NCBI RefSeq assembly: GCF_032191835.1
Contig: NC_083236.1
Coordinates: 20,212,001-20,276,000 of the forward strand
Length of the DNA: 64,000 nucleotides
Origin: Heteronotia binoei
Taxonomy: Eukaryota
Direction of reading: 5' to 3'
Every line of letters begins with the position of its first letter. Within the stretch, counting starts at the first letter, position 1. The translations under genes and the position numbers were made by a program. The notes under the pieces were generated by a model. It saw nothing but the letters and a program-made list of their open reading frames with translations, was not told the DNA's origin and made no database searches. Shown in pieces: positions 1 to 11,685 of this stretch.

Positions 1-528
1 TCCTCCACTTGCACCTGCTAGCATGGCCTTGAGTCAACCATAGCTCTGGCAGAGGTTGTCCTTGAAAGGGCAGCTGCTGTGACAGCCCTCTCAGCCTCGT
101 CCACCTCACAGGGTGTCTGATGTGGGGGGAGAAGATATAAGAGATTGTAAGCCGCTCTGAGTCTCTGATTCAGAGAGAAAAAGGTAAAGGAAAGGTCCCC
201 TGTGAAAGCACCAGTCATTTTCGACTCTGGGGTAACGTTGCTTTCACAACGTTTTCATGGCAGACTTTTTACGGGGTGGTTTGCCATGGCCTTCCCCAGT
301 CATCTACACTTTCCCTCCAGCAAGCTGGGTACTCCTTTTTATGACCTCAAAAGGATGGAAGGCTGAGTCAACCTGAGCCAGCTACCTGAAACCAGCTTCC
401 GCCGGCATCGAACTCAGGTTGTGAGCAGGGAGCTCAGACTGCAGTACTGCAGCTTTACCACTCTGCACCATGGGGCTCATTTCAGAGAGAAGGGTAGGGT
501 ATAAATCTGCAGTCTTCTTCTTCTTCTT
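1..528 (+). mobile_element. tRNA-derived SINE with L2-type 3' end and (TTC)n tail, interrupted by a Sauria SINE
   Basis: Same sequence as the copies at 23068 and 50875. Split at 179/481 by the duplication ttcagagagaa. Confidence 0.85.
180..480 (-). mobile_element. Sauria SINE nested in another SINE
   Basis: tRNA-like head and (ACCTTT)n tail on the minus strand. 11-bp TSD ttcagagagaa at 169-179 and 481-491. Confidence 0.9.
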
Positions 529-681
529 TATGCCCCTATACCTCTGGAATTATGCAGAGAGCCTAGCAATGTACACTTTTGAGTGCTACAACTCCTGTCA
601 CTAAGGACATCCTGTGACGTGTTATTATTTAAGCAATGAGGCTGCTCTGGAAGTGGGTGCCCCATGAGCTCAGGCTGATCT

Positions 682-682
<1 letters not shown>

Positions 683-736
<54 letters not shown>

Positions 737-1052
737 GAATTTATATCCCGCCCTTCCCACAAGTGGCTCAGGGCGGCTTCCAACAATAGATCCGACATAA
801 AAATTAAACAATATTTAAACATGTAGACAATTAAACATTTAAAACAGATAAAACCTTAAAAATTAATAAATATTCCAAGTATATATAAGAAGAAATCTGG
901 CAAGCTACATTGAGTTCTCAAGCTAGGTGTAAGCTAGCCGGAAGAGGGTCGTCTTACAGGCCCTGCGGAACTGAACAAGGTCCCGCAGGGCCCTCACCTC
1001 CTCCGGCAGCTGATTCCACCATGTAGGGGCCATAACAGAGAAGGCCCTTTCT
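683..1052 (-). mobile_element. L2 LINE 3' fragment with (TAAA)n tail
   Basis: ORF RAFSVMAPTWWNQLPEEVRALRDLVQFRRACKTTLF. (ATTT)n at 682-737. TSD ctgatctt. Confidence 0.85.
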
Positions 1053-1876
1053 CTGATCTTGTTGCCATTGCTGATCTTTTTCTGATCTTGTTGCCATTGC
1101 TGGAAACAGAGTGGCAGACTCGGAGGACTGCAAGATAGCAAGCTACCATGTACATTTATTTTCTTCTTCTCCCTTTATAAATGAATAAGTTCTGTTACAT
1201 GCTAAGCTTATTTAGGGTCTGGTCAGCAAATGTCAGAGTGAATAGTTACAATAACACCCAAGCTGTGCAATTGCTGCTCGGTGTCTCAGTTTTGCATTTA
1301 AGGCTGTTGCAAATGCTCTGCAGTTTGCTAGTAGGGGAAAAGAGGGAGAAGAAAGGCAAGGAACATAAAAGCTGGAATTCTAGGCATTTAGGGCTGAAAC
1401 CTTACTTTGAAAGCTGAAAAGAAATACAGATCTCCACCTCCATCCATTAAAGCACAATATTAATCTCTCCCCGCCAGCATAAGAACCTTCAGCAGCCCTT
1501 GCATGTCTGGTGAGGGGGAGAACTTCCCTCTTTGCCTTCTCATTCTCTTCTCAGCATGAGGCACAGCAGCTCAGGTGAAAGAGTGAGATTGCCAAAGTGT
1601 CTGAAGGAAAGCAAGAGGTCTGTGGAGAAAGAGGAGTAAAGTCACTACCATCACCACTGCAGCCAATGTGTTTTTCCCCCTGGCTGGCTGGCTGGCATGG
1701 CAGTAGTGGTTTTACTCTCTCTTCTCTGTGCTCAGCCTGCTCTCTTCAGGACAGCCTCCCGGGATGAGCGTGGGGAGGCTGTGGGAAAGGGTTTGGGGTT
1801 GTGGGAGATATCCATCCCTGCCACAGCTCAGGGAGGCTCACAGCTTTCCCTCCAGGGCCTCTGGTGGCAACTGTTG

Positions 1877-2091
1877 TAGGGTTGCCAGGCTCCAGGTGGG
1901 GCCTGATCTCCTGCTTTTACAACTAATCTCCAGCTGGCAGAGATCAGCTCCCCAGGAGAAAATGGCTTCTTTGAAGGGTGGACTTTATGGCTTTGTACCA
2001 TGCTGAGGCTCCTCCCCTTCCCAAACCCTACCTCTCTTGGATCCATCCCCAAAGTCTCCAGGCATTTTCCAACCCCGGCCTGGAAACCCTA
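1877..2091. mobile_element. Short non-autonomous hAT element (TAGGGTTGCCA TIR family)
   Basis: Termini tagggttgcca and tggaaacccta. Many related copies in the window. Confidence 0.75.
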
Positions 2092-2239
2092 GGTGGCAAC
2101 TATTTCACACTACGAACTCCCTTCCCACCCACCACAAGCCCTACTAGACATATCTGTGGGTCTGTCTCCTCTGGTATGTCCCTGGGGAACGTTACACTCC
2201 TAGGATAGCAATTTGTGATGTGGTCCCCAGCCCCAAAGA

Positions 2240-2630
2240 TACCTGTCTGTTCTTGACCAAGGCCAGGGCCTTTTTGGTCCTGGCCCTGACTGTGTGGGAC
2301 TCTCTGCTGAATACCATCAGGGCCCTGCAGGATCTTATTCTGCAGGGCCTTTAAGGCAGAGATGTTCTGCTAGGCTTTTGGTTGAGGACAGTAATCGTTT
2401 CTGTTCTAGCTGGCATCCTCTCCTTGCTCTCCAGATTTGTTTTTTTCTTCCTCCTCACCCATCCACAAAGTGGCCGGGCAGTCCAGAATGGAAAGTAATG
2501 TGTATCTCACCATCTGGATTCTTTTAAACTTGTTGTACTAGTGCTATGTATTTTATTTTTATGGTTTTCTATGTTTTTATCTAGTGTTGTACATCATCCA
2601 GAGCCCTGCAGTGGTAGGGATTGGGCAATT
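2240..2630 (+). mobile_element. Degraded L2 3' fragment
   Basis: gccagggcctttttggtcctggccctgactgtgtgggactc encodes a decayed ARAFSVLAPTVW motif. Confidence 0.6.
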
Positions 2631-2907
2631 AAGAAATTTTAATAATGATAATGAATGATGATGATAAAAATGGCCTTTGCCAGTTTAATGGAACATTTGG
2701 TGGGCACCATATTAAGGGGGAGGAAATGTAAAAGATTCATGAGCCACTGAATATCATTGCTCCGGCCACTACATTATATTGAATGATCTCTGTATTTTTC
2801 TTGATTAGACCTGAATTCTGTGTAATTACATTTTACTCTGTCCTTTCTGGACTTCTTGGTCCTTTGAGCCTGCTGTATGAAAACAAAATCCTCCTTCATC
2901 CAAGAAC

Positions 2908-2969
2908 CGCATAGTGAAGATGGACTCAGAGTTTCTCAAATAGTTGGCTCTAGCCCACAGCCGTTTATG
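2908..2969 (-). CDS. PHF21B: Candidate divergent PHF21B exon: HKRLWARANYLRNSESIFTMR
   Basis: Good acceptor ttttatttcag. The peptide resembles RKRLASNYLNNPLFLTAR. The donor is poor (CG|gttctt) and the 3' boundary is uncertain. Confidence 0.4.
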
Positions 2970-3084
2970 CTGAAATAAAATGTTGTTGGAGCCTTCTTGT
3001 TTATTTTCACTGCAAAACAAGCAGCTGCCACTTGGAAACATGACCACATTTTGAAGTGTCATAGTTTTTGCAAATTCCGCTTTT

Positions 3085-3380
3085 AAAGGTAAAGGTAGTC
3101 ACCTATGCAAGCACCAGTCGTTTCCAACTCTGGGGTGACGTTGCATCATGATGTTTTCACGGCAGACTTTTTACAGGGTGGTTTGCCATTGCCTTCCCCA
3201 GTCATCTACGCTTTCCCCCCAGCAAGCTGGGTACTCATTTTACCAACCTCGGAAGGATGGAAGGCTGAGTCAACCTTGAGCCAGCTACCTGAACCCAGCT
3301 TCTGCCGGGATCGAACTCAGGTTGTGAGCGGAGAGCTTCGACTGCAGTACTGCAGCTTTACCACTCTGCACCACAGGCCT
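3085..3380 (-). mobile_element. Sauria SINE
   Basis: Full length. Flanking duplication ttccgctttt / ttcctctttt. Confidence 0.9.
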
Positions 3381-3496
3381 GTTATTTTCCTCTTTTAAAG
3401 GAGTACAAACATGTCATTTTATAAAATGTTGGTTAGTCCAAATGCTGTGATCATTTATTCAAAGGAAGAAATTCTAGAATTCTCAAAAAAAAAAAA

Positions 3497-3732
3497 AAGG
3501 TAAAGGTAGTCCCCTGTACAAGCACCAGTCGTTTCCGACTCTGGGGTGACATTGCTTTCACAACGTTTTCACGGCAGACTTTTTACGGGGTGGTTTGCCA
3601 TTGCCTTCCCCAGTCATCTACACTTTCCCCCCAGCAAGCTGGGTACTCATTTCACCGACCTTGGAAGGATGGAAGGCTGAGTCAACCTGGAGCTGGCTAC
3701 CTGAACCAGCTTCCGCTGGGATCGAACTCAGG
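3497..3732 (-). mobile_element. Sauria SINE, 5'-truncated
   Basis: Homologous to the other copies but lacks the tRNA head. Confidence 0.85.
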
Positions 3733-4355
3733 GCACCTGAATTACAATAAATTCTTTCTGGTTTGTTCATATTATGTTATATTATGTTATGTTTCCATCT
3801 CTCCTTCTGAAAGCTGTCACGTTGGGCACAGTTTGGAACTGAACTGTGAAGTCCTGCTTATTTCAATGGTGATTCCAACTACATGTTTCAAATGTCTCCA
3901 GTCAATGAGACCTCCGTCTAGACCAGAGGGTAGAACAACATAGTACCTTGGCAACCGTTTCCAAATGTGTATTTGTAGAAATAATGACAAAGCAACTGTG
4001 GAAGGGGTGACTGTACAGGAAAATCAGTGTGAGAGACAGGTACTTAATCTCCGTCACAGACACCAGTTCTCTCCTGCAAATGCCTCTCCCCACTATTTCC
4101 CTCTCAGCTGGGCTTACTTCCAGTCTCAGCGATCAGCTGGGTGAGGAAAAACACACACACACATACATTAGAAATTACAGAGGAAGATATTTGCAGGAGA
4201 GATATTTCCCTGTCCTGCCTGCCAATACTCTCCAGCATTTGACTAAAGGAAAAAAAAAACACTTGTATTGTCCTTAAAATGTGTAATTTCACCCTTAACT
4301 GAGTCTGCTGAATTTATTTTTCACTGTTATTTCACCAATTTATTTTTTACAGGGT

Positions 4356-4412
4356 AACTCAGAGCTTAGGACTGCAGTACTGCAGCTTTTACACTCTGCG
4401 CCACGGGGCTCT
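4356..4412 (-). mobile_element. Sauria SINE head fragment
   Basis: gactgcagtactgcagcttttacactctgcgccacggggctct. Confidence 0.75.
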
Positions 4413-5172
4413 TAACTCAAAGAAGTTGGCTCCATATTGTTCTCCAGATCCTCCACATACAGTGATAAAGTTTTTGCCCTCATTTCTCCAAACTTAAAAC
4501 AATCAAACTCAACATAAGCAAGTAGTGTGACTGTCCTAGCATTTTCTCACTTATGTAAGTCTCCTTGCGATTTCCGTTCCAGTCCGCTGCCCGTAAGGGA
4601 TTAAGAGTGTGGGTGCCTGTCTTCAAGCTGCTTTTACATTCTCAGTCATCAAGGAAGGTACTGATTTCATTTAAACACAGATATAAAATTTAGAGCTTTT
4701 CTGAGAAAACAAAGCAACCCAAATCAATGAGCAAAGTGAAAACAGGAAAAGCCCACACAGTATCTGGTGGTCTGGCTCCTTTCTGAGAATTCTATGTTCT
4801 GTCATGTTGCTCATATGCTAGAAAAATAAAGTGATGCTTTTCATTTAAAAGATGAGAAACAGATTCTGTAAAGAGAGAGAGAGAGAGAGAGAACTACAGA
4901 AACATCAGTGATTTTGATTGCAGTTGTTTTAGAACAGAAGTTAAGATTTTCAAACCTGAGATTATGCAAAAACTGGGAGAAAATGCAGCATTAACACAAA
5001 ACAGGAACTGTCTTTCCTCATCAATATCAGTTCAATCCATCCTCAGGAGAGTTCACTGGACTTAGAAGGCTGTAGTTCTCCTTAGGACTGTGCTACAAAC
5101 TACCTTCACCGTAAGTGTAGCTGACTTCTCCAGAAAGAGAAGACAGTTTAATAGCAATAGAAGCATTCTTAC

Positions 5173-5224
5173 CTTCCAGGTATTCTGTTGTAACCAGGCC
5201 TAATGCTACCATGAAGGCAATTTT
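5173..5224 (-). CDS. PHF21B: PHF21B coding exon (52 nt, phase 0/1): KIAFMVALGLVTTEYLE
   Basis: Acceptor ttcttccctag and donor GAAG|gtaag. Matches the PHF21A/B motif KIAFMVALGLVTTEHLE with H>Y. Confidence 0.93.
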
Positions 5225-6299
5225 CTAGGGAAGAAATAATAATAAAAAGCTTGTATTAATTCTGTATTCTTCGATTATTACTTTAAGAACTCCAGCTTTG
5301 CCAGAGTACTTCACAAACTCTTCTATCAGAATAAGAATCTGTCAGAAATTCCTCACTATCTGAACAGCTGGTTTCAGCATAATTTGATGAGAGATACAAT
5401 AAACATCTACATTCAGAGGATGTGCTTTTAAGTTGGTCAAAAATAGCAGAGTTATATGCAATGTAAGTGGATTTTGTTTCCAAAGGCCCTTTGCGCCTTC
5501 TAGGACATTTCTGGGGAAAAGATGCCTTGCTGCTGCTGCTGTTTTGTTTTGTTCTTTTGAAAATACAAATTAAATAAATGAGGAAATTTATGTAACTATA
5601 AATCTTATTTGTGCACATGGTTTAATTTTCAGAAATTGATCCTATTTTGATTGGACACTTCCCAGTATTTTCATCACAGTCTCTTCCAACTGACACAATA
5701 TCTACATTTTGTTATCAAAATACAGATAATAAGTATTTCTACTTTGCCTCTTTTAAAAACACACTCAGGCATGTGAGCACACACACACACACAGGTGACT
5801 TCATGCGTTTCCCTACATTTCCTGTTAGGTGTCTAAATGTCTGAAGAAATCATCAGTACATCTCTCTTTGCATAGTTCAACAAGGAGGGTTGTTTTGTTT
5901 TTTTTGTAAAACCATTTCATGTCATAATTATATGTTCTAGTTGTCGTTACATGCATTTACACTAATTACACAGTTAGTTCTAATTACACTAATTGTATAA
6001 ATGCATGTTAATCAACTAAAGCTTACTCAAAGAACAAAATAAATTAACCCAAAGCCTCAGTACTCAATAAAACAGCTTTCGAATTTATTGGTTTCTATAG
6101 TACAAAAAGAGAGCAGCCAGCCCCAGGCCCCCACTCCAAATCGCCACAGTGAGAGGCTCACTGAATGGCCCCCGCCCCTGGTCAGGGCACCAATTCCACT
6201 CTAATAAATAGGATGCCAGATTTCTGTTGGTACCTAACTCTTCATGTGCAAATCAGGAATATGTGTCTGTTTACTTTTATATGTCATCTAATAATAATT

Positions 6300-6490
6300 T
6301 GACGTCCTGAAATTGCAACTGACTCTTGGCGACCCCAGGAGCACAGGGTTTTCAAGGGTTTCCAGTGAGCAGAAGTGGGGTGCCATTGCCTTCCTCTGCA
6401 TAGCAGAAATGGGGGCACTGCCATGAAAGGACTAACCACAGCCAACCCTGCTTCCAAACTCTAATGAGATCAGACTGAGCTGTGCTATTT
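6300..6490 (-). mobile_element. Degraded 5S rRNA-derived SINE
   Basis: The minus strand carries 5S-like gtctgatctc..agcagggttggctgtggttagt, followed by the same tail as the 30715 copy. Confidence 0.6.
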
Positions 6491-6659
6491 GGCTTCTATA
6501 CACACATTTCAAATAACAATGCTAAGTAAGGCCCATGTAGCACAGTGGTGAAGAGCATGATTTGTCAACAAGATGGACCCTAGTGCACAGGACAGCACTA
6601 CAGATGGTCTTAAGTAAGCCATTATATCTCAGCTTCTTCCAGCATTGGGACTACCAGTA

Positions 6660-6960
6660 AAAAAGGCAAAGGTAGTCCCCTGTGAAAGCACCAGTTGTTT
6701 CCGACTTTGGGGTGACATTGCATCACGTTTTCACGGAAGACTTTTTAATGGGGTGGTTTGTCATTGCTTTCCCTAGTCATCTACAGTCCCCCCCCCCCAC
6801 CCAGCAAGCTGGGTACTCATTTTACCAGAAGGATGGAAGGCTGAAGTCAACCTTGAGCCAGCTACCTGAACCCAGCTTCCGCTGGGATCGCACTCAGGTC
6901 ATGAGTAGAGAGCTCAGACTGAAGTACTGCAGCTTTACCACTCTGCGCCATGGGGCTCCC
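6660..6960 (-). mobile_element. Sauria SINE
   Basis: Full length. 12-bp TSD ggactaccagta at 6648-6659 and 6962-6973. Confidence 0.9.
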
Positions 6961-6975
6961 TGGACTACCAGTAGT

Positions 6976-7156
6976 CAGGGCTTTTTTTGTAGCAGGAACT
7001 CCTTTGCATATTAGGTCACACACCCTTGAGGTAGTCAATCCTCCAAGAGCTTACAGGGCTCTTCTTACAGGGCTTACTGTAAGCTCCAGGAGGATCGGCA
7101 ACATCAGGGGTGTGCGGCCTAATATGCAAAGGAGTTCCTGCTACAAAAAAGCCCTG
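6976..7156. mobile_element. Palindromic hAT MITE (CAGGGCTTTTT TIR)
   Basis: Whole-element inverted repeat. Perfect 8-bp TSD ccagtagt. Confidence 0.9.
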
Positions 7157-7999
7157 CCAGTAGTGACCTACCTTCTGTGGTATAGCACCTTCTATGGCTG
7201 TTGTAATGATTACTGTGATAGTATAAATGAAGTAGCTTTGGACACTCCAAAGATTCTATATGAAGGTGATGAGGAAGAGCGGGGAAAATGAAGAGGAGGA
7301 AGGTGTAGTTTATGATCCACACTGAGTGCACCATGGGCTAAAGAATGATCCAAGATAATAAGCAATACCGTTATGGTGGTAATTATGTTCCAGGGGAAAC
7401 AAGCTCAAGGTGAGTTGCTGGTTTTGGATAACAAATGCGTGATCTTCGGTTTGATGAACGTGTCTTGCATTTTTTGCTGACAAAGGCACAGAATGAGTGC
7501 AAGTCTATTCTGCCTAGGCACTGTCCCAGAAACGATAATAAATCTTATTCAACTTGAGTAATGATGCATGTGAGATTCCATCAACTCCCACTCTAAAATA
7601 TTCTTTAGTATCCTATAATATTAGATCCGGCTTTAATGGGTGCATTTACATTTTTAAAAAACAAGCATTTCCAAGAAGATTCATAGGCATATTGTTTAAG
7701 AATAGTTATTAAAGCTTATTGCTCCAGGAATTGTATCATGGTACAGGTTTATTAGCTGTATAAATTCTGGAGTACTCCTGCAGTGAAATTTCTTCGCACT
7801 AAAATTCAGGTTGAAATGATTTCTTGAAGAGAAACTCAAGCAGCATTAACAGCTAAACCAGAGTATACTGCAGTCCAATTTCCAAGCCAAATTTGATTCA
7901 CACAAATATGCACTGGACACATAATCATTCTGTAGCTTCAGTCAAAAGATCATTATACCAATTACCTTCACTTGTAAAGCCAAAAAGGCAAATAAGTGG

Positions 8000-8210
8000 G
8001 TTCTAGATCAAATCAATCCTGAACACTCCCTAGAAGTTAAAATGTCTGAACTTAGGCTATTGTACTTTGGTGACATTATAAGAAGACAAGAGTCACTGGA
8101 AAAGACAATAATGCTAGGAAAAGTTGAAGACAGGAGGAAAAGAGGAAGACTCAAGATGGATTGACTCAATCAAGAAAGCCACGGCTCTCAGTCTGCAAGA
8201 CCTGAGCAAG
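8000..8210 (+). mobile_element. Old RTE/BovB-like LINE 3' fragment
   Basis: Encodes decayed LYFG.IIRRQESLEKTIMLGKVEDRRKRGR, the RTE RT C-terminus. Confidence 0.75.
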
Positions 8211-8389
8211 GTAGAAATGGAAGGGAAGGTTCAAACTTCCCAAATGGCTTGATTTTGCAAAAGGGGAGTTCAGACAGCCAGAAATTCAGAGTGGAGGTGC
8301 TGGCATCCATAAAAACTGGACCTTCCCTGGTGCCTGATTACTCTGCTTCCAAAGCAAGCCAAAGTGGGGTGCTGATGGCTGGGGCACAG

Positions 8390-8606
8390 AACATATGAAC
8401 ATATGAAGCTGCCTTTATACTGAATCAGACACTTGGTCCATCAAAGTCAGTATTATCTTCTCAGACTGGCAGCGGCTCTCCAGGGTCTCAAGCTCAGGTT
8501 TTTCACACCTATTTGCCTGGACCCTTTTTTGGAGATGCCGGGGATTGAACCTGGGACCTTCTGCTTCCCAAGCAGATGCTCTACCACTGAGCCACCATCC
8601 CTCCCC
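8390..8606 (-). mobile_element. tRNA-derived SINE with CR1-like (CATATGTT) tail
   Basis: A box tggctcagtgg and B box ggttcaatcc on the minus strand. Second copy at ~60730. Confidence 0.85.
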
Positions 8607-8689
8607 GAAGGCAGATCATGGTCTCTAAATCCCCAAAGGTAATGCAACTATATCAGTGCAAACTGCTCATGTGACAGCAGCCTATGTCA

Positions 8690-9485
8690 GGGACTATTAG
8701 GAAAGGGATTGGGAATAAAATGGTTAACATTGTAATGTCTCTGTATAGGTTTATGGTGCAGCCTCATTTAGAATACCGTGTATGATTCTGGGCACCGTAT
8801 CTCAGAGCTGGAAAAAAGTGCAGTGGAGGGCAACCAAGATGATTAGAGGACTGGAGCACCTTCCCTCTGTGGAAAGGCTGGAGGATATTGGACTTTTCAG
8901 TTTAGAAAAGTTATGACTAAAGGGGGACATGATAGAGATTATAAAATTATGCACGGGGTGGCGAGAGTTGACAAAGAGAACTTTTCTCCTTTTTCCAAAA
9001 TACTAGAACTTGAGGGCATCCAATGAAAATGATGGGCAATAGGTTCAGGATGGACAACAGGAAGTACTCCTTTACATGGAGAGTGATTAAAATGTGGCGC
9101 TCCTGCCAGTGAATGCTGTGATGGCCACAGGAGTAAACAGCTTTAAAAGGAGATTAGATAGATTCAGGGGTGGAATTCTAGCAGAAGCTCCTTTGCATAT
9201 TAGGCCACATACCCCTGATGTAGCCAATCCTCCAAGAGCTTACAAGACTCTTTTCTGTAAGCTCTTGGAGGACTGGCTACATTAGGGGTGCATGGCCTAA
9301 TATGCGAAGGAGCTCCTGCTAGAATTCCACCCCTGAATAGATTCATGGAGGATAAGTCTGTCAGTGGCTACTAGCCATGGTGACTAAGGACAGCCTCCAT
9401 ATTCAGAGGCACTAGTTGGCTACTGTGTGAGAAAGGATGCTGGACAAGATGGTCTGATCCAGCAGGGCTCTTCTTATGTTCTTAA
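8690..9485 (+). mobile_element. CR1 LINE 3' fragment interrupted by a MITE
   Basis: Decayed RT C-terminus (PHLEY..., [16 protein letters not shown]) and ttcttatgttctt tail. Confidence 0.85.
9165..9335. mobile_element. Palindromic hAT MITE (CAGGGGTGGAATTC TIR) nested in CR1
   Basis: Near-perfect 171-bp foldback. TSD gatagatt / aatagatt. Confidence 0.9.
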
Positions 9486-9575
9486 TACATGCTCCAAAGA
9501 CAGCCTTTTGGTTTATCTCTATCTACAATCAAGCACGTAGTGCTTTTAGGAAGAAAGAAAGAGTATTCTGTCAAC

Positions 9576-9698
9576 CTCTGGATTCTCTTCCTTTTTCTTT
9601 TTGGTAGCAGGCAGTCCCTGAGCTGACTCTTCAGGAGGCTTCTTTGTCTCCACTTTAATTTCTGCCTGGGCTTGAACTTGAGGTTGAATGATGATGAC
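9576..9698 (-). CDS. PHF21B: PHF21B coding exon (123 nt, phase 0/0): VIIIQPQVQAQAEIKVETKKPPEESAQGLPATKKKKEENPE
   Basis: Acceptor cccttttttctgcag and weak donor GAG|gttgac. Matches PHF21B VIIIQPQVQ...ATKKKKE...ENPE. Confidence 0.92.
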
Positions 9699-11099
9699 CT
9701 GCAGAAAAAAGGGAGGGAGGAAAGAAAAGAGGCATCCAAAAATGAAGCTCAAAGCAGATCTTCAAATCAAGGGCAGCAAAGCAGCACAAAAACACCACCA
9801 CACAATTAATTTGTTACGATCAGGATGCCCTCGCGCCAAACTCTCCACAGAGACAGTAAACAGGAGTATGGATGCTGCGAGTTTCTCAGCAAACCTGTTC
9901 AGCAGACAAACTTACCTTGTTTGGCACTTATGGCTGATTAGGGATACCTCTCTGGATTGCATAAAGCACCTGGAACCTCTGCTGAATCCAACTCACAGCT
10001 GATGAGGTAATCAGGTTCTTATCCATCCTGCCCCCTCAGCATAATAGCTGCATAGCGCAGTTGCCAAAGGGAGCTCCTCTTTCCTGTACAAGTGAGCAGG
10101 GCCAGAAAAAAGGCTTTTGATGTTTGCATCGCAAAAAGGATAGAAAGAGTTTGTTTTTCTCTCCTTTTCACTGCAGCCCAAGCTGACAGTTTGGGGTGAG
10201 GAGAAGAAAAGGGAAATCAGCTGGGCTTCTGGTCCCTCATCCGCAGGGAGTTGGCTTCTGATAGCTGCAAGTAATCTTGTGTCCATATATGGTTCTGGTC
10301 ACCACATCTCCATATGAAGAGGTTGGAAACAGTAACAGCCCATCAATTATTTGGCTGCTTCACCAGCACTAGTGATCAGAATGTGAGTTGAACTAGCAGG
10401 TGTTTGAGCATCCCCAAGGTGGCCTAAACTGGCCTCATTTTCAGAGAGTCCAATTACACTGCTCTATGACTTTATGCATCTAAGAGTTACCACAAGGTTG
10501 CTGCAAAAAAATAAATTAGCAGTGTTTGGATCTGTTCTACTGGCTCCTTTTGAAGAGCAGTGAATACACATTTATTCCATCAGCATTTAAGCTTTTGTAC
10601 CTGTTTTGTTTTGTTGTATTTATTTTATGCTGCAGCCTGTTGGTTTTATCTATTTTATTGCTATTGTTTTCAGTGTACACCAGTTTGGGAGAGTTTCTTC
10701 AATGGGTCCTAGCTATGGTGGCTAAAGGAAACACCCACGCAGAGAAGCAGCGAGCAATGCCATTGTTAGGTACCTTGAGTGCTAAAATGTCTGATTTTCC
10801 ATAACTGGAAAAAGGGGGTAGAATAAGGCACAGAAGGAGATATAAGGAAGACCACAGAGATGAGTCAAGAAAAAGCCTGGAGGAAATTAAACAACGCTTA
10901 AAAATAAGGGCTGTGAAAAATAAGGGCTGCATGCTAAGTAAAGAAGGGGAAAAGACAGGAGTGGTGTGCCAAGAAAAATCATAGCTAAAGGACAGGGTAG
11001 CCAGATCCAAACTCTGACAGTTGAGTTCTTCTATCATTACAGCCATGCAAATTGGGCCCCCATGCAGCTGGGGGAGGGGGGCAGGCACAAGGCTGTAAT

Positions 11100-11360
11100 T
11101 ATTTATTTACATTATTTATAGTCCACCGTTCACTCTGGGGCTCTAATTCACCTTGAGTGAACGGCTAAGTCAGTACAATCAACAGAGTGGGACACAGGAT
11201 TTGAGAGACACCCAAGCCAGAAAAAGAAGCTATAATATCCTGGGCCAGCCCAAATGAGGTATCCTCAGCACGAATGCTGAAGTCCCCCACAATGATCAGT
11301 CTAGGTGTCTCCAGCACTACATCCAAGAGAATCTCTGCCAGTATAGAGAAAAGGGTCAAT
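11100..11360 (-). mobile_element. L2 endonuclease fragment and L2 tail
   Basis: LDVVLETPRLIIVGDFSIRAED resembles the APE GDFN motif region. Confidence 0.65.
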
Positions 11361-11685
11361 GGAGAACTAGCAGGCAGTAAACAAGCAGAATGCCTAATCG
11401 ATCCTTTGTCCCTAATGCAAGGAGCACGCAGTCGACGCCAGAGATAGTTTGTACTGGAAGTTCGTGGAAGCTGAAGGACTCACTCATGCTTCCTCCTTGG
11501 CTAACTGTGCATGGTTGATGGAGGACTGCATAATCAAAGGCTGTTAGCTGGGACAGACACACCACATCATTTCCTTCCAACCATGTTTCTGTTATACAAG
11601 CAGGTCATTCTAACATATTAATTTCAAATAACCAGCCAGTGTTTTAGTTCCATAGCAAAAACCAGGGCTGGGAAGACAAAAGGAG

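Noticed and set aside
1530-1625. FHLSCC peptide after a strong acceptor, resembling the PHD YHLSC motif
   Set aside because: It lacks the preceding CxxC pairs and stops after four more codons. Likely chance.
1863-2105. 14-bp flank duplication (ggtggcaactgttg / ggtggcaactattt) around a short hAT, longer than the usual 8 bp
   Set aside because: GGTGGCAAC resembles the family's own TIR and there are two mismatches. A single case cannot support a different TSD length.
3947-4010. 64-nt minus-strand segment with good acceptor (ttttcctgtacag) and donor (AAG|gtacta) as a replacement PHF21B exon
   Set aside because: The peptide has no PHF21 similarity, and its phase (1 to 2) would put the 2969 candidate exon out of frame and into a stop.
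8530-8606. Possible tRNA gene (A and B boxes)
   Set aside because: No complete cloverleaf or Pol III terminator. It is a SINE head, as at 23068, 41000 and 50875.
9917-10000. Consensus minus-strand donor CAAG|gtaagt just upstream of the 9698 exon
   Set aside because: The candidate acceptors give stops in the phase-0 frame and there is no homology. The same applies to isolated donors near 19600 and 44383.
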